From contig NC_058368.1 of assembly GCF_018350175.1 (NCBI RefSeq), forward strand, positions 57,538,001-57,602,000: a stretch of DNA of 64,000 bases, written 5' to 3'. Every line of letters starts with the position of its first letter. The stretch's first letter is position 1. Positions 13,019 through 26,290 of the stretch are shown piece after piece. The notes beneath the pieces are model-generated. The model did not search any database. It saw only the letters and a program-made list of their open reading frames with translations, and had not been told where the DNA came from. Made by a program: the position numbers and the translations under genes. Source of the stretch: Felis catus (lineage: Eukaryota).

Positions 13019-13238
13019 TTTTTTTTTTTTTCAATGTTTTTTTATTTATTTTTGGGACAGAGAAAGACAGAGCATGAACGGGGGAGGGGCAGAGAGAGAG
13101 GGAGACACAGAATCAGAAACAGGCTCCAGGCTCCGAGCCATCAGCCCAGAGCCTGATGCCGGGCTCGAACTCACGGACCGCGAGATCGTGACCTGGCTGA
13201 AGTCGGACGCTTAACCGACTGTGCCACCCAGGCGCCCC
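13019..13238 (-). mobile_element. young SINEC_Fc
   Basis: near-consensus; TSD TCAATCATTTTC at 13007-13018 and 13240-13251. Confidence 0.97.
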
Positions 13239-14243
13239 ATCAATCATTTTCAATATTATTTTCAACTATGCGTTTCTGAACCTTCAACCTTTTTATAGTT
13301 CAAATAGTTTCCACATCATTTAATACTTTGCTATGAATGACTCTCCTTTTCTAATCCGTTTAGTTAAGAACTGATGCTGTTTATCTATTTCAGTTCTCAG
13401 GTGCTTGGTTTATTGCTTTTACAGCTGCTTTTGGCTTGCCTCACCTCTGATGCTTTCAGCAAGAGAGCAAGGCTAAAATAGAAAACACGGAGTTCACATC
13501 CACACTCCTTTCCCTTAAATCCTGGCATATTTCCAGCCACCTACTCCCTTGTTGCAGTTCACAGTAATTTAATCTCACTCTACATGAAGAAAGTAAATTT
13601 TCCAGTTTAATTTAGAATATATAAGATTAGAAATAAGAAGCGCTATACAATTAAAAAGAAAGAAAAAAAAAACCAGCCAATCCAATAAAAGAAAGTGATA
13701 CCTCAGAGGGCAAATAAGAAACTCACATCCTGTCCCATAGTATTCTATTTCATTCCAAAATGAGGCCCTGCAGTACATTTCACTTCTCTATTGGGAAATA
13801 AGTTTTCCTTTCCACGAGAACAAATATATGATATGTGGTTGACAAGCTGCCCAATAACCCGTAGCTATTTATTGCCAAGAATTCCATGCAAAGCAGACTA
13901 ACACTACCAGAGCTTAAGATCCCATGTACTGTAAGATTGACGAGCTTTTTGGAGAAATTCCTAAAAATACGGAAATGTGATGTTTAATATACACAGCCAA
14001 TTTCTATTCCTGGTGAGTCCCCCATTTACCTAGCTTGATCATTCTGCCTTCTAAAACACATAGCAAACCCTCAAGAGTAATCCATAATAAATTCCTTATC
14101 TCAAATAAGATATATTTAAAAATATTCTCTTTCATTTATTAATTTTGCATAGTTTATAGCTGATTAGTGCTACATTTGTCTGCCAAATAATACCACTCTT
14201 TCATGTCTTCTGCCCTCAAATACCTCTCTGTACTTTGATTTCC

Positions 14244-14290
<47 letters not shown>

Positions 14291-14296
14291 TTTTTT

Positions 14297-14336
<40 letters not shown>

Positions 14337-14351
14337 TCCTTTCTTTTCTTT

Positions 14352-14399
<48 letters not shown>

Positions 14400-14420
14400 T
14401 TTCTTTCTTTCTTTTCCTTC
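14244..14420. repeat. (TTTC)n array in the tail position of the adjacent SINE
   Basis: direct reading. Confidence 0.97.
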
Positions 14421-14562
14421 TGAGAGAGAGGCAGAAAGGGAAAGAGAGCATCTTAAGCAGGCTACATGCCTAGTACGGAGCCTGGGGCAGGACTCGATCT
14501 CATGACCGAGATCACGACCTGAGCCAAAATCAAGCTTAACCAACTGAGGCACCCAGGCACCT
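14421..14562 (-). mobile_element. old Can-SINE body
   Basis: GAGATCACGACCTGAGCCAAAATCAAG...CACCCAGGCACC. Confidence 0.9.
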
Positions 14563-14875
14563 CTCACATCATTTCAAAACCTGAACCTTTAAAAAAATTC
14601 GTACACCTTTATGCTTAGAAAACTTGATTCTGATGACAGTAGCATGGTTTCTATTTTCTGATTTAGTTGGTCTCCTTTCCTCAGAAAATTACCTAAAATT
14701 ATGGGAATTTTAGTTCTGTATGTTTAAATGTAGGAGAAGAGTCAAGGGTACAAATAGGACAGTGATAGTTTCCTTGCTCAATTTTTAACAGCTACTCCTA
14801 GAATTTGGATGCAATGCTAAATATCCTCTTCCTGAGTTCATGGCTTTCATAGAGAAGACTCATTTTTACTTTGAA

Positions 14876-15407
14876 GGTTTTCTTTTGTTTGTTTCAATTT
14901 TTTAAATGTTTATTTATTATTTGTTTTATTTTTTTTAACGTTTATTTACTTTTGAGACAGAGAGAGACAAAGGATGAACAGGGGAGGGTCAGAGAGAGAG
15001 AAGGAGACACAGAATCTGAAACAGGCTCCAGGCTCTGAGCTGCCAGCACAGAGCCCGACGCGGGGCTCGAACTCACGAGCTGTGAGATCATGACCTGAGC
15101 CGAAGTCGGACGCTTAACCAACTGAGCCACCCAGGATCCCCTTTCTTTCTTTCTTTTTTTTTTTTTTTTATTTTTTTTAACGTTTATTTACTTTTGAGAC
15201 AGAGAGAGACAGAGGATGAACGGGGGAGGGTCAGAGACAGAATGTTTATTTATTTTTGAGAGATAGACCACAGAGAGGGAAGAAGATGCAGAATCCAGGC
15301 TCTGGGTTATTACTCCAGAGCCTGACGCAGGCTCAAGCTCACAAACCACAAGATCATGACCTGAGACAAAGTCGGACACTTAACTGACTGAGCTACCCAG
15401 GCACCCC
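14876..15407 (-). mobile_element. nested SINE cluster: older SINEC (tail 14876-14918, body 15241-15407) containing a tandem SINE insert at 14919-15240
   Basis: outer TSD AGAAGACTCATT..TACTTTGAA; inner TSD AATGTTTATTTATT at 14905-14918 and 15241-15254. Confidence 0.9.
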
Positions 15408-16410
15408 AAGAAGACTCATTATACTTTGAACCAGAGAAAGAAAGCCAATAAAATTAGAGATACTTACTACCATAGACACATGTATATCCATACCCTACAT
15501 GAATTGATTTTTCTTCTTGTGAGGTTAGATAGTGGTTCCATCCCAAGGGTTTTGACACATTGGTTCTCCCACCCCAATTATGAAACAAAGAAGAACGATC
15601 AATTTCTGTGTTTTCATCTTGCCTATTTAACTACAGTTATTTATAAAACAGAATTTAGTCTTCCATATAGTTAGAAAATAAGATAACTAAAGAATTACCC
15701 CTTATGAGATCAGTTGATAAAAATATCCTTTGGTCATGAGTAGCAAAGTCCTATAAGATACTGTGGAAAGGGAAGATTTCTCTGGGTTGGAACCCTTGGC
15801 TTGATGTGGAGAAGAGAGGCCATTCATCCTCTATTTTAAATTTAACTGGCTAAGACAAACTAGAGCTGAATTCTTCTTTCACATCTCCATTTTCTTACAT
15901 GAAACATCAGTTGTGTTCCAATGTTATTTCTTTTTTCTTTACAACTATTTTGGACAAGTAAGGCACAGAATAAGCTTATACCTGCTGGAGAAGAATACAG
16001 GGCTATGTATGTTGTTCTTGAGGTGTGAACTAGTGTTAGGATTGAAAATCATTTTGGTTCTATACAACTAAGTTTACTTGAGCTAACACATACATACATA
16101 TATATACATATACATATTAATTTGAGGCTATATATAGTTTTTAAATATATAAGCTCCTTATGAATATATCTGTCTCTTATACTGATGATTGGATTCTAGT
16201 TTTTTCATAACTCTATATGTATCGTAGAGGTGAAAACAAACTGTTGTTGTATATATATTTGTCTGTGAACAGGGAACATTTATGGACCACATTCATTTGA
16301 TGTTTTAAATAATGGTTATTTTATACTGTTTCAATATCTGATATAGTAATTTAATTTTTATAAGGTATGGATTTGTGTGAATTCCCATTAATCAAAATGT
16401 TGCTTGATGG

Positions 16411-16966
16411 ATGTATTTGTTATATATTGTTGTATAACAAATAACACCACAATTTAGCAGCATAAAACAATAAACATTGATTTTGTCTCATGGTTTCTGA
16501 GGATCAGGAATGTGGAAGTCGCCAAAGTCTGCCTCAGGGTTTCTCATGAGATTCTAGTCAAACTAACCACAAGTGCTGCTGGTCTGAGGTGGCAGAATCT
16601 GTAAGCTTCCTTACATGTCTGTTGGCAACACAACATGTTCCTTCATGTTTATTCACCAGAAAGTTTAATTCCTCCTCCTGTCAGGCTATCATTAAGATTT
16701 TTCACATCATGGCAGCTTATTTCCTCCAGAAGGAAGAAGGGGAAGAGGGTTTGGGGGGGGGAGAGAGGGAGCAGTGGAGACCCCAACTGTTATAACCCTG
16801 AACTGTTATATCCTAAGTTCAAAAGCAATATGCTATCATGAAGTTAAAAAGTGTATACTATTGACCACACAGATCAACCTGAGTACAATGTGAAAGGAAA
16901 TTACACAAGGATATGGATAATAATAATAGTGGAAATCCTGGGGCTATCTTGAAGTCTGGTTACTAT
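16411..16966 (-). mobile_element. MLT1-family (MaLR) solo LTR
   Basis: TGTATTTGTTATATATTGTTGTATAACAAATAACACCACAATTTAGCAGCATAAAACAA, typical of an antisense MLT1 end. Confidence 0.8.
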
Positions 16967-18540
16967 AGTTAGATATACAGCTAAATCTGTTTTATTTAAT
17001 TTTGAATTTAGAGAACGTGTACTTATGACAAAAAGTAGCAAAGTAAGACTTTTTCTGTGCATGATTAAATTATAAATGAAATTAGGATCACTTGGAAAAT
17101 TAAAACATGTGTTTTCAATTAAGTGAATTTATTTAGCATGCACATTTTAAATAATGGGATACAAAAGGTAACTGAAAAGTTCACAATTTTAAATCATTTT
17201 TTAAAATACAAATTAAATTACTTATTTGAAATCATTAAAATAGAGTTATATGAAGTTCAGATCAGGTACATCGACTATAGATAACTCAAACTCTTTCTAT
17301 TAAGGGCAAGTCACAAATTTCAGATTACTATGACTTCTGTCATTTATTGTCTCTGTTGCAAAATTAATAAGTTGCAGTGAGGTGATAAATACATAACCTT
17401 CCACATAGATGTCTGAAAAAGACCAAAGATGATGAAAGTAAATTAATGCCATTCTGCTTTTTCATTCTAAAAATAAATAGTGGGGGGGGGAATTACAAAA
17501 TGCTAGACAAAAATAGAAATAGTCAAAAGCTTGCAAAATATTTATACTTATATCCTCAACCCATTATAGAAAACCCCTTTAATTTTTTGAAGAACACAAT
17601 ACAAAAATCATAAATTGAACATCTAAAGATTGATTTATTTTTCCTCTTTAACTCTGATGAAAAAAAAAGAATCTTTCTAATGGAAAAGAGCTTGAAATAT
17701 TACATTTTTCCACTGTAACCTTTGCAAGATTTTAATCTTCAACCATTTTATTCTCACTCCTTTGCTAAACACAGATTGTCTAAACCAATAGTTTTCTGGA
17801 GGGCAATCCTAGTCTCCCTATTTCCCTGTGTGCTGGCCTGGGGCTGAGGAAATCCATGCCTCCGCATTCCTTCTGAGGAGTAAAGGATTTTAGGAAGAAG
17901 CTGAACTTTGGTGTTCCTCAATCTATCTTATTCCCTTCCCCCAGAACACTCTCTGTTTCTGATTTCATATTGATAAATTTAATAAAGGCTTAAGTTTTTA
18001 ATTAGCTTTTACCCTCTCTTACTCAGTGTGCATACTAGGATACCTATAATGGGGTCAACTCAATCATATTTCGTATCTACACGTAGACATACATCAGGTA
18101 TATAAAGTTCAATGTCACAGATAACTAATAAATTGAATTTACTGATTGAGTCATGATGCTCTTTTTCTCTAACATTTTTTTTCATAGCTAGACAATATTC
18201 CTGCAACAATTTATCTTTTCAATTAGCTTAGAATACCTTTTTATGCACCATTAGCCCTCAATCATTTTGAGTCATATTTTAGCTGCGTTTCTGAATCATT
18301 TTGCTTTACTGATTAAACAACAATAAAAACTGACCTGAAATTTTTGCTTTGAAAAGCAAAATTTTAAAATATTATTTCTGTATTCATGATTAGCTTGAAA
18401 TAATCTTGACCATATCACTTCGAACTTTCTTTTTACATGCTTTTTCTCTGCCTCAGGTTTACTTTTCTTTCTTCCATTGTGTTGTGTGTGTGTGTGTGTG
18501 TTTGGCTTCTTTCCTGATTTAGACACACATTTGCTTACTA

Positions 18541-18762
18541 TTTAAAAAAAATTTTTTTTCAATGTTTTATTATTTTTGGGACAGAGAGAGACAGAGCATG
18601 AACGGGGGAGGGGCAGAGAGAGAGGGAGACACAGAATCGGAAACAGGCTCCAGGCTCTGAGCCATCAGCCCAGAGCCCGACGCGGGGCTCGAACCCACGG
18701 ACCGCGAGATCGTGACCTGGCTGAAGTCGGACGCTTAACCGACTGCGCCACCCAGGCGCCCC
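18541..18762 (-). mobile_element. young SINEC_Fc without an evident TSD
   Basis: near-consensus sequence with CpGs intact. Confidence 0.97.
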
Positions 18763-19049
18763 TCTACCAATTAAATTTCTAATTCCAATGACTATATATA
18801 TTTTTTACATCTAGATAGTCTGTTTCCTTTTAAAATTCTTTTTTTTCATGTCTTATTCTTTTATTACCGCATGGCTTTATTTGATTATCTCTAAAAACTT
18901 TAAACCTATACAATTTATAGATCTATTAGATTAATTTATACTTTGGGGGAACCATCACTTATGTTTCCTCTCTTTTTACTTTCATTACCACCATTATTCC
19001 TTATGTGATGTAATTTTTTGTTGAGACCACATCTTTAATACATTTCTCC

Positions 19050-19260
19050 CCCTTACCCCCAGGAAGCTTTCCAGCAAAAGGACTGCATCATGCAAGTTTG
19101 CATTACCTCATTGTGAACAGCAAATATCTGATGTAGGGATGTAAAAACCTAGAACCCATGCTTTTGGTCAACTCTTAAGTACTACCTCAGCTTCTGTTCC
19201 AACTGCAACATGGTTCAACTTCTACCTCAGTCCAATCTTTTTTAACTCATCACTACCAAC
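19050..19260 (+). mobile_element. 5' LTR remnant, LTR16C-like
   Basis: CTGTTCCAACTGCAACATGGTTCAACTTCTACCTCAGTCCAATC resembles LTR16C as recalled. Confidence 0.6.
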
Positions 19261-19279
19261 CCTCCAACCCCCCACCCTA

Positions 19280-22200
19280 CATGCTGTATCAGTGTAGTGG
19301 TAACAATTTCACAGGTACTGAACTGGCATAGGGTGTTAGTGGGAGGCAATATGCTTATGGGTGCAATCTCTCAGGTAGTTGAGAGTTGGAGAGAAGTAAA
19401 TTTAAATCTAAATTCTATAAAATCATATGACTCTCACAGAGTGCCATCAATAAAATAAAGACTTTTAGGAGTGAGGTAATTACTCAAGAATAAGCCAAAG
19501 TGTGGAAATCCACACTAATCAGGAATTAGATTTAATTAGGCTCTGTACATTGTAAATTTTGAAACACTTGCGTGTTGGTTTTGTCATTATTAGTGACCTT
19601 GTTGAGAAAGAATAGATTCTCAGATTTGGGATGGAAACACAAGGGCTGATGTGCTGAAGAACCTGAAAACTCAGATTTTATAAACTTTTTGGGCCAGTAG
19701 AATTAACACATTTGTCCCCTATAATATTAACACTCCTTTCTTCCTTAAAAACAATGCAGAGGTTCTGTCTTGTAAGACAAGTATAACTCCCTTCTGGATT
19801 TACAGTCACCTTTGATGTTGGCCGCCAGACCAATAACTAATGTTGAATCACAATGTAATGGAGCTAGAGATGTGCTAGGCCTATAAAATGAGAAAGGGCA
19901 CTATACATGGAGGGAGTTGTAGGATCTAGCCAATGTGTACTGGTAGGAACTGAGAGAGTATAAATGCAACAAGATCTTGAGATCTGGAATATGGGGAATG
20001 GAATATAAATTTGGATAAGAGGGTGTATTTATATGCAATTACTCAGTATAGGATTTAATACTCTATATGTTCATAAGAAGGAGATAATTAGATAGGCTAA
20101 TTTGACTCTTAGAAACTTGGAAAAAGCAATAGCCTTCCCAACACAAAATAAAAATGCAAGAGATAAATTGGAAAATGGTAGATATAAGAATAAAATGGTT
20201 CAGAGAAATGACAAGCTGGGATGGATCTACTATGAAGAACAGAAAAGCAAACTGTGTTCTCTAGGAAGAGCTAAAAGAAACTATTTATGAAAATGATAAA
20301 GAATATCCTATTGAGAAGGGCAACAGAAATTTCGAGAAGCTTAATAATGAATGTCTTCTGTGTTCCATGGCTTACAAGACATGAAAGTGTTACAGATACT
20401 GACTCCCTGATAGTAAGAGGAGGTGATAAGATACCAACATACTAGAAGCCAGGTGGTGACATAAAATTAATAAGAACAGCAAGGTCAGAATGGCAGCCAG
20501 TGGAGACAGATGTGCAGAGAGATATGAAGATGGTTACTAAAATCAAAATGTCATAGAGACAGTCAACAATACTATTTCTCAATCTATATAATCAAAATAA
20601 TAAATTATGAATGATGTAGAGGTGGAGGGCAGCTGGTGCAATAAAAAATAATTATTCATTCTCAGATTCTGGAATTGGGCCAGTGTTCAAAACTGGTGTA
20701 GCGCTGATTGATGGAAAGGCCAAGTTAGCAAGGGGAAGGAAACTGTAATATCACTATAAGTACACACAGTTATGATTTATCCACCCTCACACAAAGAGAC
20801 TTATGGCTTGTTCTCTTGGATAAAAATACACTAGAGAAAAGGAAATACACAGACATTTCAAGAACCATTGGGAAACACAGACCAAGTGAACATTGACACC
20901 TATGAACTTTTAAAAGTGCTATCATGCATTCTTCAAGAAGAACAGGTGATAAACTGGATCCAGCCTTGTTATAAGTATCTATATTTTCACTGAGTCCATT
21001 AACCCATTTTATAGTTATTTTACTAAAATTTATAATTGGATTAGATATACACTGTCATTGACAGAAGTCTACATGTGTTCCCTGGCCTTGGGTAGCAACG
21101 ATCATACAGAAGAATTCAAGCAGAAGCACCTGAATATGCCTAGCTAATAGAGTCAATATTTTTTTCCCAAAAATATTTCATCCTAAGGCAAAAATTAATG
21201 ACTTCTTTAAATACCTCCAAAAAGCAGGAATGGTAAGCCTCACTACATCTCCATTTAATTTATCATTTACCAAAGAATTTATCCGGCACTCTTAAAAAAA
21301 TCAGATGGATTTTGAAGGATTATATTGCATTACTACAAACTTTGCAGAAGCCCTACTGCAGCTGCTGCGCTAGATAAATATATCTTTATTAGAGCACTTA
21401 AGGCAATCAGAAGGTGAAGGTGTTCTTTTCCTTTGCTACTTTATGAAGGAGGGGCAAAGTAGTTTACATTCACAGATTAGTCCCAGAGTTATGCTGAACC
21501 TTTCTTCCCCTGTCAGTCATAATATAGTTTCAAGGGACCTGGACTACCTAAACACTCCACAGAAATTTCAATTTCAATAATATTGCGTAATCAGAATAGA
21601 GAAGAAGATTGGGCATATTAATGGACTTGTAATGCACAAAGCACTGTAGAAGGTGTGAGATAAACACTCAGGATTCAAGGACCTGCTATATTGGTGAGGT
21701 TTCTAAGGGTCTAATACTCTGGGACTTACCAAGATTTCCCCTCCAAAATAAAAGACAACATGTATTTTAAGTCCTGCATGACTTCCACAATTTAAAAGGA
21801 AGCAAAATTACTAGTAGGCATCTTTGGGTTCTGGAATCCAGATACTCTACACTTGAAATATTGTTTTACCCCCTTTACCAAACGACATGGAGAGTTTGCA
21901 TTTTGATTTGAGCTCAGAGCAGGAAATGCCTCTGCAACAAGTTCGTGCCATGATGTAAGCAGCCAGTTGGAAGCTAGTAGGTGCTGGTGGAGACAGAGTA
22001 GATGGCCATCAGACACATGACCACAGTGCCAGAATCAACCAACATGGGGTGAGATCTCTCAGACAATCCAACCCATTAGTTTGGACAGGCCCAGAAATAA
22101 TACATCATAAAAAGTAATATACCACTTACAGGCCAAACCAGTATTAGAGGACAAAATATTCAGCAGAAACAGGTGGCCTAGACCCCATGTCATCATTACT

Positions 22201-23152
22201 GTTGCACCATGGCCTCTCCCTCAGTGGAAATATATGTCAACATGTGGGTATACTATCATAGGAGCCACTGGCCATAGAATTTACCACACTACTCAGAATC
22301 CAGAGAAAGAGAATTGCCATTGAAGACAACGCTTAAATGTCTTCATGGAGAGGATACCTGGGAGAATGGAGCATCATTCTCTAGCAGGTAGTGTACAGTC
22401 TAAATTGATCATAATTTTATATTGCTGTGTCCCCAGAGGTAAAGTATGTCTGAGAGCCTAAGGTTCAACTTGGAATGATTTTTCTTATTACCATTTCCAG
22501 TTACCCATTTGGGAATTTGTGTTTCTCATCCCCAAACTAGGATATGTTCATGTAGGGGTCTTGGTTCCAAAAAAAAAAAAAAAAAAAAAAAACAAAACAA
22601 AACTCTTTTACTAGGAAATATAGCAAGAGGCTACTGAACGTAAAGCCCTGCCTTCTTTCTGGTTACTTTGGATCCTTGTACCATGTGTCAATCATGCAAG
22701 AAAAGAAGTGACATTTGGGTAGGAGTAATTTACCATGATAATCAGGAGGAGATAAAGCTGAGGATAGTTTCAGGGAAGAATGCATTTGGCCTCTCTTGGT
22801 ATTTTCCTGCTTATTTTTGATGTTAGGTGGACAAGTACAGCTGACAGATTGATAATTATATAGTATAAGGACATTTAGGGATGAGTGTTTGGGTCACCCT
22901 AAGACATTAGCCACCAAGACATTCAGAGGAGCTACTTAAAAGAGAGAAGAATCTGGAAGGGAAGTAGAGGAGACCACAAATATCAGTTGTGGTCCACAGA
23001 CCTGCTATTGTATAAAAAGCTGTAGGAGTTGTATTGTTTTTCCACTTTTGCCTTGAAAGCTTCTCCAGGAAAAGAGCAAACATTCTGCAAGTTTCCAAAT
23101 GGGACTAACGTTTCATATAAAGCACACAGATCAGACCAACATAAGAATGGAC
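19280..23152 (+). mobile_element. degenerate ERV-L internal region (HERV16/ERV3-16A3-like) with protease, RT and dUTPase relics
   Basis: relics of TSPFN and DGSWRMTVDYRKL (about 21240-21340), KIQGP..VKFLG (about 21670), KEAQ.LVGLFGFW (about 21800), GHFG...GVIDPDYQGE (about 22660-22750); no open frame. Confidence 0.8.
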
Positions 23153-23527
23153 TATGGTGAATGCTGTGAAATGCTATACAAATTCCCCCGCATTATTTTC
23201 AAGACTAAGGCAAGTATTCTTTCAGCAGCTAAGAGAATTTCTGCTTACAGATGACAGCCTAGTTCTTTACCTCTGCTATAATTGTCTGTCTGCCCCAAGG
23301 TTATGCCTTCCTTTTGTTCAATATGGGGACACAATGTTGTCCACTACTGAGGACAACTCTGAAGGACCATCCTGGACTCAGGTCTCCTAATTAGTGGAGG
23401 CCTTTTTTCATTTTCATAGCATCATGGTTCACTCTGTTACATGTGCTCCTGAAAGCACTCCACTGTACACTTACTCCACATACTACTTGATCTTAGAGTT
23501 TCATTCTTGGGAAGTCCATTTTAAGAC
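23153..23527 (+). mobile_element. 3' LTR, LTR16C-like
   Basis: CCCAAGGTTATGCC and GGACAACTCTGAAGGACCATCC, ending TAAGAC; preceded by a PPT-like AAGAATGGAC. Confidence 0.85.
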
Positions 23528-23549
23528 CCCATGTGGAACATGCAAAAAA

Positions 23550-24115
23550 ATCAACTTAAAATGTGCTCCACATGGATTTTTAATTTATATGTCAATAAGG
23601 CCCTTTTCTTCCCCATTGAGAACTTTATGACCCAGCAAACTTGCTTACTGCTTCTCCAGTTCATTGGGTTGATGTATTTCTAGGCCACCAATACCATGTT
23701 TTAAATGGGCAGACTTTCAAAGCTTCCTGTTTATCTCTCAAACTCACTTGGCTCTAACATCATATTTTTCATTCCTAAGTAAGCTTTCAAACTTTTTTAT
23801 TTTCCTCAAGACTGAAGGAGTTGGAACCTGTTCCCAGACTTCTGGGTTTTTTACTTTGGCAACATCTCAAAGTTTTGGCTATGGGTGTGGTTTTTATACC
23901 AATGATGTTTCTTGGACCTGTATATTTCCCTTTCATGTTATGAACCTAATGTTAAAAAATGTTTTTTTTATTTTGTTATATTATATACAGATATCTTATG
24001 TATTGATGGAAGGAGTGACCTATATCTGCTCAGTTGGCCATGTAGCTAGAATCAGAACACTTTTCTATTCAGTATTTGGCATTCAGAAGTTCATAGATTA
24101 ATATTTATTGAACAT
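23550..24115 (+). mobile_element. probable L2 fragment
   Basis: ends TTTGGCATTCAGAAGTTCATAGATTAATATTTATTGAA, like an L2 3' end. Confidence 0.4.
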
Positions 24116-24228
24116 AAACTATTTTGGGAAACATTTTTATATAAGAGACATGTCACTAATTTGACCTATTTTCCCAATGGAACATTTTGCAAGAAAATCT
24201 CATATTAAAAAATACATTTATATATGAA

Positions 24229-24440
24229 TGTATATCTTATCTGTTCTGGCTGCTATAGCAGAATACTATAGACTGGGTAGCTTATAAACAACAGAAATTC
24301 ATACCTCACAGTTTTGGAAGTTGGTAAGACCAAGATCAAGGTGCTTGTATATTTGGTATCTCACGAAAACTCTACCCTCATGACCTAAGGATCTCCCAAA
24401 ATCCCCACCTCCAAATATAACAGTGGGGATTAGGATTCAA
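24229..24440 (-). mobile_element. MLT1A-type LTR, truncated
   Basis: GGCTGCTATAGCAGAATACTATAGACTGGGTAGCTTATAAACAACAGAAATT...CCCCACCTCCAAATA. Confidence 0.85.
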
Positions 24441-25943
24441 GTGTGCTCTTGGTTTTGTGGGTAGTTTCCCATGATTCATTGCTTACACACAACACCCAGC
24501 GCTCATCCCAACAAACACCCTCCTCAACGCCCATCATCCATTTTCCCCTCTCCCCATGTCCCCCCATAACCTCAGTTTATTCTCTGTATTTAAGAATCTC
24601 TTGTGGTTTGCCTCCCTCCCACTCTGTAACTTTTTCCCCCTTCCCTTCCCCCATGGTCTTCTGTTAAGTCTCTCAAGTTCCACATATGAGTGAAAACATA
24701 GGATATCTGTCTTTCTCTGACTGACTTAGCATAATACCCTCCAGTTCCATCCACGTTGCTGCAAATGGCATGATTTCATTCTTTCTCACTGCCAAGTAAT
24801 ATACCATTATATACATAAACCACATCTTCTTTATCCATTCATCAGTTGATGGACATTTATGCTCTTTCCATAATTTGGCTATTGTTGAAAGCACTGCTAT
24901 AAACATTGGGGTACATGTGTCCCTATGAATCAGCACTCTTGTATCCTTTGGATAAATTCCTAGTAGTGCTATTTCTGGGTCATAGAGTCGTTCTATTTTT
25001 ACTTTTTTGAGGAACTTCCAAACTGTTTCCGGAGTAGCTGCACCAGTTTGGATTCCCACCAACAGTGCAAGAGGGTTCCCTTTTCTCCATAGCCTTGCCA
25101 GTATCTGTTGTTTCCTGAGTTGTCACTTTTAGCCACTCTGATTGGTGTGAGGTGGTATCTCAGTGTGGTTTTGATCTGTATTTCCCTGATGATGAGTGAT
25201 GTTGAGCATCTTTTCATGTGTCTGTTGGCCATCTAGATGTCTTTTTTGGAAAAGTGTTTATTCATATTGTCTGCCCATTTCTTCATTGGATTATTTGTGT
25301 AACCACAAAAGACCCTGAATAGCCAAAGTAATGTTGAAAAAGAAAACCAAAGCAGGAGGCACCACACTCCCAGAATTTAGCCTCTACTACAAAGCTGTAA
25401 TCATCAAGACAGTATGGTATTGGAACAAAAACAGACACATAGACCAGTGGAATAGAATAGAGAACCCAGAATTTGACCCACAAATGTATGGCCAACTAAT
25501 CTTTGACAAAGCAGCAAAGAGTATCCAATAGAAAAAAAGACAGTCTCTTCAGCAAATGGTGCTGGGAGGCCTGGAGAGCAACATGAGAAAGAATCAAACT
25601 AGACCACTTTCTTACACCATACACAAAAATATATTCAAAATGGATGAATGAACTAACTGTGAGACCTGAAACCATCAAAACCCTAGACGAGAAAGCAGGC
25701 AACTATCTCTTTGACCTCAGCCACAGCAATTTCTTGCTCGACACATTTCCAAAGGCAAGGGTATTAAAAGCACAAATGAACTACTGGGACCTCACCAAGA
25801 CAAAAAGCTTCTGCACTCCAATGGAAACAATCAACAAAACGAAAAGGCAACTGACAGAATGGGAAAAGATATTTTCAAATGACATATCAGATGAAGGGTT
25901 AGTATCCAAAATCTATAAAGAACTTAACAAACTCAACACCTAA
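24441..25943 (-). mobile_element. carnivore/felid L1 with twin-priming inversion (24441-25298 minus, 25301-25943 plus); polyA end missing
   Basis: plus segment ends CTCAACACCT and minus segment starts ACAAATAATCC, which are adjacent in L1 (compare 44624-44649). Confidence 0.93.
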
Positions 25944-26124
25944 AATTCTCTAATTCATTTAGACTTATAAACTACAAAAATAGAATATAGACAGACTGTA
26001 TACTTTTGCATAAAGTATGCAAAAAGCACTGTGGAAACAGTCTTTCAAAATATTTTAGAGGAAAATAGGATGTACTACACAGCAATTTTTGTTATGTATT
26101 TATAAGAATGGAAACACAAAAGTT

Positions 26125-26290
26125 GGTAGGCTTTAGAGTCAGAAAACCTAAATCCAAAACATGACAATCTCTCTTAATTAGTCCACTGATCTTGAGAACA
26201 TTATCAAATTTATCCCTCATCTGAGAAATGGAGGCAGTAACTTAAGTAGTCATAGAGTCATAAGCAACCAATTAGTAAAAGCAATATGTG
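26125..26290 (+). mobile_element. MIR
   Basis: GGCTTTAGAGTCAGAAAACCT...CCCTCATCTGAGAAATGGAG. Confidence 0.7.

Noticed and set aside
14154..14567. Lys/Glu/Arg-rich 137-aa ORF
   Set aside because: Translation of a SINE plus the (GAAA)n array.
18576..18782. Recurrent GQRETEHERGRGRERG and AQVMIS..SSPASGSVL peptides
   Set aside because: Translations of Can-SINE sequence, not a gene family.
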